Notes: generated from the sequence alone by a model not told the origin. Shown: positions 1 to 10,209, numbered from the whole stretch's first letter. The stretch: DNA of 62,639 nucleotides, filler included, from an uncultured Gemmatimonadota bacterium (GCA_964490075.1; 4 parts of 4 records of this genome joined end to end with filler, not necessarily neighbours in it); one strand, 5' to 3'. A program made the numbers and translations.

Positions 1-8
1 TTGCGCTG

Positions 9-1439
9 GTGGGGCGCGTGCCCTACGAGTTCGCCAGCCGCTTCGAGATCCTGCCGGTGGCGGAGCAGAACGGAGTAGTGGTGGCGGCCACCGCCAACCC
101 CTTCGACGTGCTGGCCAAGGACAAGCTGGCGCGGCTGCTCGGCGCGCGGGTGGAATGCCGGGTGGCGCCGCGCGAGTGGGTGCTGGGGGCGGTCGATCTC
201 TACTACAAGACGGCGCTCACCATCGACGAGGACATCGAGCGCATCTTGCACCTGGGGGTCGCGGGATCGAGCTACGAAGAGAAGCAGATCGTGCGCCTGG
301 CCGATCTGTTGATCGAGAAGGCGTACCTATTGCAGTCGAGCGACATCCACATCGTGCCCGACCACAAGCTGGTGCGGGTCTTCTACCGCATCGACGGCGT
401 GCTCTACCAGCATTTCCTGTTTCCAATCCGTGTCTACCAGGCGCTGGTCACTCGCTTCAAGGTGATGGGCGACATGGATATCTCCAATCCCAACATCCCG
501 CACGACGGGCGCATTCGCTTCAAGGGCGGGGTGGGGGAGTTCGAGCTGCGAGTGTCGACCTTTCCGACGCATCTCGGGGAGACAGTCGTGTTGCGGCTCT
601 TGATCTACAGCAAAGTGGTGGGTGATCTGCGCAACCTGGGCTTCGAGGAGATCGACCTGGAGCGGGTGCGCGGGGCGATTCAGCAACCCTACGGTCTGAT
701 CCTGGCGACCGGACCGACCGGGTCGGGCAAGACGACGACACTCTACTCGGCACTGATGGAGATCAACCGGCCGGGCGTGAGTGTGATGACGATCGAGGAT
801 CCGATCGAGTTCGAGATCCCGACCTTGCGCCAGAGCGCGGTCAATCCGCGCGCCGGGCTCACCTTCGGCAACGCCATTCGCGCGGCGATGCGCCAGGACC
901 CCGACATCATTCTGGTCGGGGAGATCCGCGATCAGGAGACTGCCGAATTGGCGCTTCGAGCCTCGATCACCGGTCACCTGGTGCTGTCGACTCTGCACAC
1001 CAACGACGCTGCGTCGGCGGTCAACCGGCTGCTCGACCTGGGAGTGAGCGCCAGCATGCTGGCCTCGGCGTTGACCATGGTGGTGGCGCAGCGTCTGCTG
1101 CGGCGCCTGTGCTCGAGCTGCGGGAGCGAACGCGAAATCGAAGCGGACGAGCGCGAGCTCTTCCTGCAGCACGACATCGAGCCGCCGGAGCGGGTCCGCG
1201 AAGCGGTTGGTTGCGAGGGGTGCCACGGATCGGGCTATCGCGGTCGGATCGGCATTTACGAGCTGCTCTCGGTCGACAACGCCATGCAGGAGCTGATCTT
1301 CGGTTGCGCGCTGAAGAGCCGGATCGAGGAGGAGATGGCGTCGAAGGGGGCGCGCTTGCTCTTCCCGCAGGCGTTGCGCAAGGCCCAGCAGCAGCTGACG
1401 ACCATGGAGGAGGTCTACCGGGTCGTCGCGCATGGCTGA
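9..1439 (+). CDS. GspE/PilB/MshE family secretion/pilus assembly ATPase (5' end probably cut by the window edge)
   Basis: SSDIHI motif, Walker A GPTGSGKTTT, TIEDPIE Asp box, MRQDPDIILVGEIRD, TGHLVLSTLHTN His box, CxxC...CxxC zinc motif. Confidence 0.95.
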   Translation: MGRVPYEFASRFEILPVAEQNGVVVAATANPFDVLAKDKLARLLGARVECRVAPREWVLGAVDLYYKTALTIDEDIERILHLGVAGSSYEEKQIVRLADLLIEKAYLLQSSDIHIVPDHKLVRVFYRIDGVLYQHFLFPIRVYQALVTRFKVMGDMDISNPNIPHDGRIRFKGGVGEFELRVSTFPTHLGETVVLRLLIYSKVVGDLRNLGFEEIDLERVRGAIQQPYGLILATGPTGSGKTTTLYSALMEINRPGVSVMTIEDPIEFEIPTLRQSAVNPRAGLTFGNAIRAAMRQDPDIILVGEIRDQETAELALRASITGHLVLSTLHTNDAASAVNRLLDLGVSASMLASALTMVVAQRLLRRLCSSCGSEREIEADERELFLQHDIEPPERVREAVGCEGCHGSGYRGRIGIYELLSVDNAMQELIFGCALKSRIEEEMASKGARLLFPQALRKAQQQLTTMEEVYRVVAHG

Positions 1440-2652
1440 TTTCCGCTACCGGGCGATCGACGTGCAGGGCAAGGTCCGCAAGGGGACGCTTTTCGCCTTC
1501 GACGAGGCCGACGTGGAGCGTCGCCTGGAGAGTCGCGGTCAGACCTTGGTCGACGCCAAGCGCAAGTCGGACCGGGCCTTCTTGAGCAGATCGGCAACCG
1601 GTGGCAAGGTGCCGCGGCGGATGCTGATCGAGCTCTACCACCGCCTGGCGCAGACCTTGGAGCTGGGGCTGCCGATGCTGGCGGCGTTGGACGAAAACGC
1701 TCGGGTACTGCCATCGAAACCGCTGCGGGCCATCTTGAGCGAGATGCGGGTGGCGATCGAAGGTGGCAACAGTCTGCACTCGGCGATGGAGCGTTTTCCG
1801 GCGGTGTTCAGCCGATTCGACTTGAGCATCATCAAGCTCGGCGAGCGCTCGGGGGTGCTGCCCAAGAGCCTGGAGGAGCTGGCGCTCTTTCTGGAGTGGA
1901 AGGAGGAGATCACCGGACTGATCCGGCGCGCGTCGATCTACCCGGCGTTCATCTTCGTGGCGATCACCGCAGTGATCGGCGTGTGGATCGGTTACGTGCT
2001 GCCGCAGATGGCTTCGGTGTTGAACGAGATGGGGATCACGCTCCCCGAAATCACCAAGCACGTGCTGGCGCTCTCCCAGTTCGTCACCGGCAACTGGATC
2101 AAGCTGGGAGCGGCGGCGCTCTCGACGGCGGCGGCGATCGCCCTGGTGTCGCGCACGCCGCGCGGGCGGGTGCTGCTGCACCGGGCGCTGCTGCGAGTGC
2201 CGATCGTCGGCAACATCGCCGGCAAGATCGCTTTCACCCGGCTGAGCCGCAACTTCGCGACGATGTACGAGTCGGGGATGCCGCTGGCGAGCATTTTCGA
2301 GCTGCTTTGTGACGACGTGCTCGGCAACAGCTACCTGGAGGATCGTCTGGGGGCCACCTTCGAGGAGATCCAGCACGGCCGCTCGCTGGCTGAGGGCATG
2401 GAGGCTGCCGGCGGTTTCCCGACGCTGCTGGTCGGGGCGGTGCGCAACGGCGAGACCACCGGCACGTTGGGGCGGGCCTTCAACCGCTTGAGCGACTACT
2501 ACGACGCCGAGGTCAAGAAAGCGGTGGCATCACTTCTTGCGGCGGTGGAGCCGATCACGATCACCCTCCTGGGCGGGGTCTTCGGGATCATCATCCTGTC
2601 GATTCTGTTGCCGCTCTACGACGTGATCAGCGAGGTGGGGAAGACCTACTAG
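1432..2652 (+). CDS. GspF/PilC/MshG family inner-membrane platform protein
   Basis: FRYRAID N-terminus, two T2SSF repeats (GERSG, GETTG), three TM segments, EP...ILLPLY C-terminus; overlaps the ATPase stop. Confidence 0.95.
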   Translation: MADFRYRAIDVQGKVRKGTLFAFDEADVERRLESRGQTLVDAKRKSDRAFLSRSATGGKVPRRMLIELYHRLAQTLELGLPMLAALDENARVLPSKPLRAILSEMRVAIEGGNSLHSAMERFPAVFSRFDLSIIKLGERSGVLPKSLEELALFLEWKEEITGLIRRASIYPAFIFVAITAVIGVWIGYVLPQMASVLNEMGITLPEITKHVLALSQFVTGNWIKLGAAALSTAAAIALVSRTPRGRVLLHRALLRVPIVGNIAGKIAFTRLSRNFATMYESGMPLASIFELLCDDVLGNSYLEDRLGATFEEIQHGRSLAEGMEAAGGFPTLLVGAVRNGETTGTLGRAFNRLSDYYDAEVKKAVASLLAAVEPITITLLGGVFGIIILSILLPLYDVISEVGKTY

Positions 2653-2670
2653 ACCGACAGCGGTGCTCGG

Positions 2671-3609
2671 TCAGTTCGGTCCGATGGCGACCTCGCTGCC
2701 GAAGGGGAGCAGCGGATCGCCCGGGTTCACCAGCAGAGACAGATCGCCCACGATGACCGCCGGAGTGTTGTCGGGAGTGGAGTTGACGTGCAGACTGGAG
2801 AGGTAGTCGATGCCGTCACGGAGCTCGAGCGCGTCGCCGTCTTCGACCTTGAAGACACCGGTCTCACCGGCCGCCACCCGGCCGCTGCAGATCAAGCGCG
2901 ACGGGAAGGTGACGTTGTGGAGGAATATCTCACGGGCGCTGGCGTTGGCGACGCTCAGGGTCCAGGTAGTGGGACCTGCGCAGCCGGCATCCGCGAAGAG
3001 CTCTCCTTCGCCTACGTAGACCACCAAGTCATCGAAGGAGTCGATCTCCGGATAGCGGATGTAGTTGGGTGAGCCATCGGTGTTGTCACCCGCCACGGCG
3101 CCATCGACCGCGTCGAAGACGTCGCTGTCGGCATCGGCGTCGCGCGGACCGGAGCTGAGCAGCATGGCGGCGACCGAAAAGGCGACCGACGCGCCGTCCA
3201 CATCGACCACCTGGGGCGCACCGCCGAGCCCGGCGCTGATAGCGTTGCAGGTGGCCTGAGCGGCGATGGCCAGCGCTGCGTTCAAGTGATACTTGAGCGG
3301 GCGGCCGTAGGCGTCGACCGGCTTGAGCTGCAGGTCGACGAAGGGCAGATAGCCCGAGGTCACGCCGGCGTCGGCGTCGCCGTCCAGGTCGCTGGAGGCG
3401 TAGGGCAGGGTGCCGTTGATGCTGGCGTAGCTGAGCAGCGAGGTTTTGGCCTGGGCCAGGTACTCCGCCGTCTGGTCACGCGCCTTCTTCTCGGTGAGCA
3501 GACGGATCAGCGACACTCCGCCGCCCGCCATGATACCGATCACGACGAGCACCACGGCGACTTCGATCAAGGTGAAGCCGCGGTGATGCCCGTCGTCGTG
3601 GCGACACAT
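2671..3609 (-). CDS. Large minor pilin/pseudopilin with prepilin cleavage-methylation motif
   Basis: G|FTLIEVAVVLVVIGIMAGGG class III signal followed by about 280 aa of globular region. Confidence 0.85.
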   Translation of the reverse strand: MCRHDDGHHRGFTLIEVAVVLVVIGIMAGGGVSLIRLLTEKKARDQTAEYLAQAKTSLLSYASINGTLPYASSDLDGDADAGVTSGYLPFVDLQLKPVDAYGRPLKYHLNAALAIAAQATCNAISAGLGGAPQVVDVDGASVAFSVAAMLLSSGPRDADADSDVFDAVDGAVAGDNTDGSPNYIRYPEIDSFDDLVVYVGEGELFADAGCAGPTTWTLSVANASAREIFLHNVTFPSRLICSGRVAAGETGVFKVEDGDALELRDGIDYLSSLHVNSTPDNTPAVIVGDLSLLVNPGDPLLPFGSEVAIGPN

Positions 3610-3645
3610 CGCTGAGTAGCTCGCTACGACTGCTTGCCGCGCGGG

Positions 3646-4215
3646 CTAGAAGCGGACGTAGAAGTAAGAGATCGTGGCGCCTTCGGTGTACTCGGCGTTG
3701 GCCGCGATCGAACCGGTGTTGTAGACGCCGTCGTCGAGCTTGGTGTCGATCTCCAGGCAGACCTCGGCGGGCAGGTTGTAGAAGCGGAAGTAGTGCTTCG
3801 AGGTCCCGGGACCGGGATCGAGCCAGTAAAGGGTGAGGTTGTCGCCGAAGGCATGCGTCGGCAGGTCGGCGCTGCCGTCGAAGCTGCCGCCGATCAGACC
3901 GGCGAGCTGCAGGTCGCGGAACAGCTCGTACTGCTCCGAGGATTCGATCTGTCCGTCGCCGTCGCCCTCGCCGTCGGTGCCCATCGGGATCGCGTCCTTG
4001 GCCTCGTCTCCCGGGTAGACACCGAATTTGTCGTAGAACGCCATGACCGCGGCGCGCAGCTCGTCGGTCTGCTTGACGACCCGCATCGTCTTGGCGTTTT
4101 GCAGCATCGCCTGTCCTTTGAGGATGCCGCCGATCAGCAGCCCAACGATCACCATGACGATGGCCACCTCTACCATGGTGAACCCCGCCTGCACTCTGCT
4201 CTTCTTGTGGTGCAC
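3646..4215 (-). CDS. Type IV pilin-like protein
   Basis: AG|FTMVEVAIVMVIVGLLIGGILKGQ; YPGD and IDTKLDDG..NTG motifs typical of this pilin family. Confidence 0.9.
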   Translation of the reverse strand: MHHKKSRVQAGFTMVEVAIVMVIVGLLIGGILKGQAMLQNAKTMRVVKQTDELRAAVMAFYDKFGVYPGDEAKDAIPMGTDGEGDGDGQIESSEQYELFRDLQLAGLIGGSFDGSADLPTHAFGDNLTLYWLDPGPGTSKHYFRFYNLPAEVCLEIDTKLDDGVYNTGSIAANAEYTEGATISYFYVRF

Positions 4216-4371
4216 GGTACTCTCCAGTTTTCGTGTCGCCGTGGGCCGGGGTGGGCTCGCTCGGGCGCCGCCTTGACGCTCTACGCTCGCCAGCCCGTCG
4301 GTCGTCTACGACCGGGGCCCTTCATCTCTTTTGATCGGCCTTTGTTACGTAGGAGTTGAGTGTGGAGTCGA

Positions 4372-5868
4372 TCAAATGCTGCGGATCGTCGGTCGCAGCA
4401 TGATCACCAGTTCGCGGTTCTCCTCTTCTCGTTCGGAATGGTCGAAGAGGCGCCCCACGATCGGCAGGCCGGACAGCAATCCGAGCCCGCTGCGGTCGTC
4501 GCTGCGGGTCTGACTGATCAGCCCCGCCAGGATGATCGATTCGCCGTTGCGAACCCGCACGGTGGTGGCGAGCTCCTGCAAGTCGATCACCGGGTTGGAG
4601 ATGGTCTGGGTGGTGGTGATCGAGGTCGGGATCTCGACGTCTTCCTGGCGCTGGATGCGGGTGATGGTGGGCACGATCTGGATCGTGATCACGCCCTCGG
4701 GGGAGACATGCGGCGTCAGGCCGAGCTGCAGCCCGAGCACCGCCCGTTTGATCGACGTGCCGTAGGTGACGAAGCCGGTTTCGGGGTCGCGATCGACACC
4801 GGTGATGTCGCCGTAGGGAAACTGGAAGCCGACCGTCATCACCGCCGGCTGGCCGTTCATCACCGCGATATGGGGGTTCGAGAGCACCGACACGTCGCCG
4901 CGGGTGTCGAGGAAGTCGAGCACGGCACTGAACTGCACCTGGTCGGAGAACACCAGCGAGGAGCCGCCGTTCATCGAGATCCCGGATCCGGTCGCCGCCA
5001 GGTCGCCACCGCCGCCCACACCCAGGTCGAGCGCGGACCAGTCGATGCCGTACTTCTGGCTCGAGAAGAGCCGCACCTCGAGGATCTTCGCCTCGATGAA
5101 CACCTGCATGCTGAGCATCGCGGAGATGCGCTCCAGCACCCGTACCATCGCGTCGACCCGCTTTGGCGTGTCTTCCATGTAGATGATGCCGGTGCCGCGA
5201 TTGACCTGCAGCGCACCCTCCTTCGACTTCAATCCGGTCAGGATCCGCTCGACGCTGTTCCAGATGTTGCCGTCTTCGGCGGCCTTGTCGACCTTGATCC
5301 GAAAAGCCCCGGAAACCCCTGACTGCTGCACGCTGGAGGCCAGCATGTCGCCACCGACCTCGATCTTGGTCTCGCCGGGGAGATCGAGCTGGTCGAGGTG
5401 GAAGATGCGCTCCTCGAAGCGAGTGACCAGGAGCTTGCGCTCTTCGATCCGCCAGGCGTAGCCGGCTGCGCCGCGGATCACCATGTCCAGCGACTCGCCC
5501 AGGGTGGCGTCGTGCAGCGTGACCGTGACCGAGCGCTCGGTTTCGATGTCGGGTCCCACCACCAGGCTCAGGGGGGCTTCGCTCAGGAGCGAGAGCACCA
5601 CCTCCAGCAGCGGCGCCGCCTTCAGCACCATCGAGTGCCGCGGTCCGGTGTCGAGCAGCTCGGCCCGTGCTGCTTGCTCTTCGAGCTCGGCCGGCTGGTG
5701 GCCGCCGAGCGGAAGGGCCGGGGTGGACCACTGCTCGGCGATGATCTCGCGCGGCGCTGGTCCTTCGAGCTCGGCGAGCTCCAGCGGCGCCGTGCGGACC
5801 GCGGCGCAACCGCAGGTCGCCATCAGTCCGAGGGTCGCCAGCCAGTCGATCCGTCCGTATCTGCTCAT
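4372..5868 (-). CDS. MshL-like outer-membrane secretin (lipoprotein signal)
   Basis: Lipobox-like LMATCGC; QVFIEAKILEV..GIDW, VLSNPHI..NGQPA, GLQLGLTP, NGESIILAGLI, LPIVGRLF..RELVIMLRP secretin motifs. Confidence 0.92.
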   Translation of the reverse strand: MSRYGRIDWLATLGLMATCGCAAVRTAPLELAELEGPAPREIIAEQWSTPALPLGGHQPAELEEQAARAELLDTGPRHSMVLKAAPLLEVVLSLLSEAPLSLVVGPDIETERSVTVTLHDATLGESLDMVIRGAAGYAWRIEERKLLVTRFEERIFHLDQLDLPGETKIEVGGDMLASSVQQSGVSGAFRIKVDKAAEDGNIWNSVERILTGLKSKEGALQVNRGTGIIYMEDTPKRVDAMVRVLERISAMLSMQVFIEAKILEVRLFSSQKYGIDWSALDLGVGGGGDLAATGSGISMNGGSSLVFSDQVQFSAVLDFLDTRGDVSVLSNPHIAVMNGQPAVMTVGFQFPYGDITGVDRDPETGFVTYGTSIKRAVLGLQLGLTPHVSPEGVITIQIVPTITRIQRQEDVEIPTSITTTQTISNPVIDLQELATTVRVRNGESIILAGLISQTRSDDRSGLGLLSGLPIVGRLFDHSEREEENRELVIMLRPTIRSI

Positions 5869-5869
5869 A

Positions 5870-6406
5870 TCACTGCTCGCCTTCGCGCCACGCAGAGAAG
5901 CCGACCTCTGGGGCCTCCACGAACCACCGCCGGCGACCCCGGGCTAGGGTGACGCCGTGTTCTTCGATCCGCTCCACCAGGTACCCGTCCACCGAGCTTC
6001 CCTCTTCGAGACCGCGTCCCCCGATCAGGGCCCGGCGGCGGCGCGTCGAGTCGGCGTCGTCGGCCCAGATGATCCCGCTGAGCTGGGGAAGCGCGCCCGG
6101 TCGTGCGCGGCGCCGCGTCTTTGGGGATGAGCCGCTCCCGCCGCGTGCCGCAGCGTGGTCCGGGGGGTCGACCACGAGACCGAAGGCTCGCGCGATCTGG
6201 TCGACATCCTCCTCGGCCAGCGCACCGCTCGTCTCGGAGGCCAGGGCCAGCGCCCGCACCAGGCTCTGCTCCAACGACGCCAGCTCGGTCGACGCCACGG
6301 GCGGGGGTGGCTCGGAGACGTCGACGTAGGAGAGTCCGCCGAGCGCCGCCAGCCCCGCGGCGGCGAGCAGGAAGGTGGCGGCCAGAAGCTGCTTCGGCCT
6401 ATCCAT
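5870..6406 (-). CDS. MshK/PilP-like pilus accessory protein
   Basis: N-terminal TM; C-terminal LSGI..ALIGG..EG..VDGY.VERI...V.L pattern; directly upstream of the secretin. Confidence 0.65.
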   Translation of the reverse strand: MDRPKQLLAATFLLAAAGLAALGGLSYVDVSEPPPPVASTELASLEQSLVRALALASETSGALAEEDVDQIARAFGLVVDPPDHAAARGGSGSSPKTRRRARPGALPQLSGIIWADDADSTRRRRALIGGRGLEEGSSVDGYLVERIEEHGVTLARGRRRWFVEAPEVGFSAWREGEQ

Positions 6407-6920
6407 CGTCCCCTCCCGACTCCAGCCGCACGTCGCAGCGGATCTCGACCTCGTAGTCGAGTCGCGCCCTCGTGCCGCTGCGCTGCGCCGCCACCGACTC
6501 CAGGCGCAGATGGGGACAGTCGCGCTCGATGCTCTCGATCAGCCCCAACCCGGCGGCCACCGGCGCCGAAAAGCCGAGCGCAACATCGATCACGGACTGG
6601 TCCGCCGATCGCAGCCGATACTCGGCGAGCGCGTCGCGAATCCCCGCCGCGCGGGCCAGATGCTGCACCGTCTCCTCGATCGTCAGCTTGGCGAGCTCGA
6701 ACGAGGGCGAATCGATGCCCAGCGTGCGACTCAGGTCGATCGCCTGCTCCATCTCTTCGGCGTGCTGGTCGACGAAGCGCGCGTTCCAGGTTCGTTCCTC
6801 GCGGGCGCGCCGGGCGCGGGTGATGCGCCCCACGGCCCCCAGGTCGAGAGCCAGCAGCGCCGCCGCGGCCCCCCACAGCAGCACCACTCCCACCCAGCGC
6901 CTGGTGAGGGGCTCGTTCAT
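6399..6920 (-). CDS. PilO/MshJ/GspM-like bitopic alignment protein
   Basis: N-terminal TM plus coiled coil and beta-rich C-terminus; coupled position in the operon. Confidence 0.55.
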   Translation of the reverse strand: MNEPLTRRWVGVVLLWGAAAALLALDLGAVGRITRARRAREERTWNARFVDQHAEEMEQAIDLSRTLGIDSPSFELAKLTIEETVQHLARAAGIRDALAEYRLRSADQSVIDVALGFSAPVAAGLGLIESIERDCPHLRLESVAAQRSGTRARLDYEVEIRCDVRLESGGDDG

Positions 6921-8329
6921 CGGATCGGGAGCTCCAGCTCGACCTCGAAAGCCTGACGCCGCGCGGCGCCGCGTTCCTCGCCTTCGCTCGGTCGGTTCAC
7001 CCGCACGTCACCCATGCCGATCCCCGCGCTCCCGGGGATCGACTCGTGCAGATCTGCCAGCAGGCGATCCAATGTCGTCCGCAGGCTGTCGATATGGGGC
7101 GCGGCGACCCTTCCGGCGAGCGTCACCTTCCCCGGTCCCTCGACCTCGACGCCCAGCTCGCGCAGCGTCATGGTGGCCGGCAAGGCGGACGCCACGTCTG
7201 ACAGGAGCACCGAGGCGCGCGGATGATCACCGCGTCGCGTCAGCCCATCGACGGCCGCTCGCAGCTCCTCCAGCCCCCGCGCCGCTCCGCTCCGCGCCCG
7301 CTCACCGGCGCCCGGCAGGTCGACCTCCAGGCTCCCGTCGATCTGCCGCAGCTCGATCTGCACACCCGCGAGGAAGAGGGCGCAGATCAGCCCTGCGGCC
7401 ATCCCGGCGCGCTGCACCGGCAGCCACTCCAGCTCGCGCAACCTGCTGCGGTGCATCAGTCCGGCCGACCGTGCGGCACGCCGGGTCGCCAGCAGCCGAA
7501 CGCTCGCCTCCAGGCAGCCGAGCGACGCCAGCTCGGCGACGCCCCCCAGCGCTTCGTCCCCGCCCCCGAGGTCGAACACTTCGCCCCCCAGCCGGCCCGA
7601 AAGCCGCTCCACCGCCGCCGCGGCGTCCGCGCGCCCGGTCAGCACGTAGACCGCCTCGATCTCGGAGCGGGCCTTCTGCGAGTAGAGGTGCAGCGACTGG
7701 GTCGCCTCGTGCACCACCTCGCTCAACCCGTCGCGGCGCCCGCCTCCCGCCTCGGGCAGCGCGATATGGCGCGAGAAGAGAAAGCGCCCGCGATCGAAGA
7801 AGTACTGGAAGCACTCGCGCTCGAGCAGGTGCAGCAGGGCCGCCCCGCGCTCCGTGAACTCCGGCAGCTCGGCCAGCCGTGCCTCCCAGAGCAGCGCCGG
7901 CGATGTCACGCGTTGGGGCGCGATTCCGGCCTCGCGGAGACGCTCGTAGAGGGTGACCGCCGCCTGCTCCTGCACGAAGGTCGCGTGCAGCCGGCGCTGC
8001 CGCTCGGTCCCCTGGAAGAAGCGGTAGCAGAAGAGATCGCCGATCCCTTCGACGGCGGCGTGGTCGTTCTGCAGCTTACGCGTCAGGAAGGCGTCGACCA
8101 CGCTCTTCTTGCGCGACTCCAGGGCGTACGACGCGGTGCCGATCCAGTAGTCGGGCACCACCAGCGCGTCGAGCTTCGCCTTGCCGATCCCTTCGAGCTC
8201 CGCGGCGCGGCTCCAGCCCTCCTCCGCCAGCACATCGCCCAGACGCAGCGCGGCGCAGCGGTCCGCTCCGGCCGTGCCGGAGGTCCGAAGGAAGAGCAGC
8301 TCGTCGTCGTCGACGGTGCACACGAGCAT
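6917..8329 (-). CDS. PilM-PilN/GspL/MshI-like protein
   Basis: Cytoplasmic domain with FLFSRHI motif, one TM near residue 310, C-terminal PilN-like segment (VTLAG...AFEVELEL); first gene of the operon. Confidence 0.6.
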   Translation of the reverse strand: MLVCTVDDDELLFLRTSGTAGADRCAALRLGDVLAEEGWSRAAELEGIGKAKLDALVVPDYWIGTASYALESRKKSVVDAFLTRKLQNDHAAVEGIGDLFCYRFFQGTERQRRLHATFVQEQAAVTLYERLREAGIAPQRVTSPALLWEARLAELPEFTERGAALLHLLERECFQYFFDRGRFLFSRHIALPEAGGGRRDGLSEVVHEATQSLHLYSQKARSEIEAVYVLTGRADAAAAVERLSGRLGGEVFDLGGGDEALGGVAELASLGCLEASVRLLATRRAARSAGLMHRSRLRELEWLPVQRAGMAAGLICALFLAGVQIELRQIDGSLEVDLPGAGERARSGAARGLEELRAAVDGLTRRGDHPRASVLLSDVASALPATMTLRELGVEVEGPGKVTLAGRVAAPHIDSLRTTLDRLLADLHESIPGSAGIGMGDVRVNRPSEGEERGAARRQAFEVELELPIR

Positions 8330-8522
8330 TCGCGAACCCGGGCTTCGTGCCTCCCCCGCCGGCTCCTGGAGCGCAAAAGGACACCGGTCGGGGACAGCGC
8401 ACGGTTCATTCCGGTATTCGGAACTCGCGCGGCGAACTTGAGTTGGGAGAGACGCGGAAGGCGGCCCGAGGACTAGGCCCCGATGCCGCTATGATCGAGT
8501 CCTCACGTCATCCGGAGCCTTC

Positions 8523-9923
8523 ATGCATCCAGCCCGCCCCCCTGCCTTCCCACTCCCATGGACCGCGATTCTGGCGCTGGCCGCGTCGGCCTGCGCGCCG
8601 CCCGGCGACCCGCCCGATCTCAACGTGCTCTTGATCACCCTCGACACCACGCGCGCCGATGCGCTCAGCTTCGACCACAACCCGCGGCCCACCAGCCCCG
8701 AACTCGAGGCGCTCGCGGACGAGTCGGTGGTGTTCGACTTCGCCATCGCCCAGGCCGCGGTCACGCCGGTTTCGCATGCTTCGATCTTCACCGGGTTGAA
8801 TCCGCCTCGCCACGGCCTGCGGGTGCTGCACGGGCTGGAGGGCAATCGGCTGGAGGAGGATCGGGTGACCCTGGCGGAGGTATGGCAACGCGCCGGCGGG
8901 CACACGGCGGCCTTTCCGAGCGCCTACCCCGCGACCTCGGCCTTCGGCCTGACGCAGGGATTCGAGATGCTCGACGAAGAGCTCCCGGGGCGCGAAGGGG
9001 CGGCTTCCGAGCTCGGCATCGTGAACACCGGCAGCAGCCAGCGCGGTGCCCGGGAGACCACCGACGCGGTCCTGGATTGGCTCTCGGGACGGGACTCGGA
9101 TCACCGGCCCTGGCTCGCGTGGGTCCACTATTTCGATCCCCACGACACCAAACTGACGCCGCCCGAGGACCAGCTGCACGCGCTCATCAACGGCCCCTTT
9201 CGACCGCGTGGTCAGGGGCGCCCGGCGCTGCTGCGCGCCGTCTACGAGAGTGAGATCCACTACATGGATCAACAGATCGGTCGTTTGCTCCATGCCGTGA
9301 AGGAAGCCGGGCTCTGGGAGCGCACCATGGTCGTCGTGGTGGGCGATCATGGTGAGGGCCTGGGGCAGCACGGGTGGTGGTCGCACGGGGTGCTCTACCA
9401 GGAGCAGATCCGCGTGCCGCTGCTGATTCGAGTGCCCGAAATGGCGACGATCCCTCGTGTGGAGTCGACGGTGCGCGGCATCGATCTGATGCCGACGATC
9501 CTGGATGTCACCGACATCTCGCGAGAGCTCTGGCCGCCGATGGAGGGAGTGTCGCTGGTCAGTGCGATGACGCGCGGCGCAACCGACACATCGCTGGTGG
9601 CCTACAGCGAGTCGGTCAATCTCATGACCTACACCAGGCCCGACCTCTCCGAGCGAGTCGACGACAAGGACGACAAGCTCTACGTGTTGATCGAGAACCG
9701 CAACAAGCTGATCTACCATCAGCTGAGGCCCGAGCGCAGCCAGCTCTACGACCTGCGCGCCGATCCGAACGAGACCCGCGATCTGGCCTCCGAGCGGCCG
9801 GCGGAACTGCGCGCCCTGACGGCGGAGTTGCTCAGCCTGAACGCTCTCTCCGACATCATGCCCGGCGCGGCGACCGATCCCGATCGTTTGCGCAGATTGC
9901 GGAGTCTGGGCTACGTGGAGTAG
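8523..9923 (+). CDS. Sulfatase-like hydrolase/transferase (alkaline phosphatase superfamily), lipoprotein
   Basis: ALAASAC lipobox; NVLLITLDTTRAD, WVHYFDPH, VGDHGE, HG..LYQEQIRVPL, LYDL..DPNE, LRSLGY. Confidence 0.9.
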   Translation: MHPARPPAFPLPWTAILALAASACAPPGDPPDLNVLLITLDTTRADALSFDHNPRPTSPELEALADESVVFDFAIAQAAVTPVSHASIFTGLNPPRHGLRVLHGLEGNRLEEDRVTLAEVWQRAGGHTAAFPSAYPATSAFGLTQGFEMLDEELPGREGAASELGIVNTGSSQRGARETTDAVLDWLSGRDSDHRPWLAWVHYFDPHDTKLTPPEDQLHALINGPFRPRGQGRPALLRAVYESEIHYMDQQIGRLLHAVKEAGLWERTMVVVVGDHGEGLGQHGWWSHGVLYQEQIRVPLLIRVPEMATIPRVESTVRGIDLMPTILDVTDISRELWPPMEGVSLVSAMTRGATDTSLVAYSESVNLMTYTRPDLSERVDDKDDKLYVLIENRNKLIYHQLRPERSQLYDLRADPNETRDLASERPAELRALTAELLSLNALSDIMPGAATDPDRLRRLRSLGYVE

Positions 9924-10209
9924 GTGGCGGCAGACCGCGGCCCCGGTTCCTCAGAAATCTGTCAGCACCAGCGACGCCCCTTCTCGATCCCGTCGGATCG
10001 ACATACGGCGTTTCCTCGCGGGCTCGCCGGGCTATTCGCCCAACCCCCTGCGTGACAGTCGGCTCCATATCGCGTGCCGGCGCGGTACGCAATTTGCGTC
10101 TCGGGTCCATCGAGCACAGGGCGGCATCTTGCGAATGGTTGCAGCAATCGCACCTCGCTGCGCCCCGGATCACCCGCGGGGATGTGGTCAATGAACGGAG
10201 AGGCTCGTC

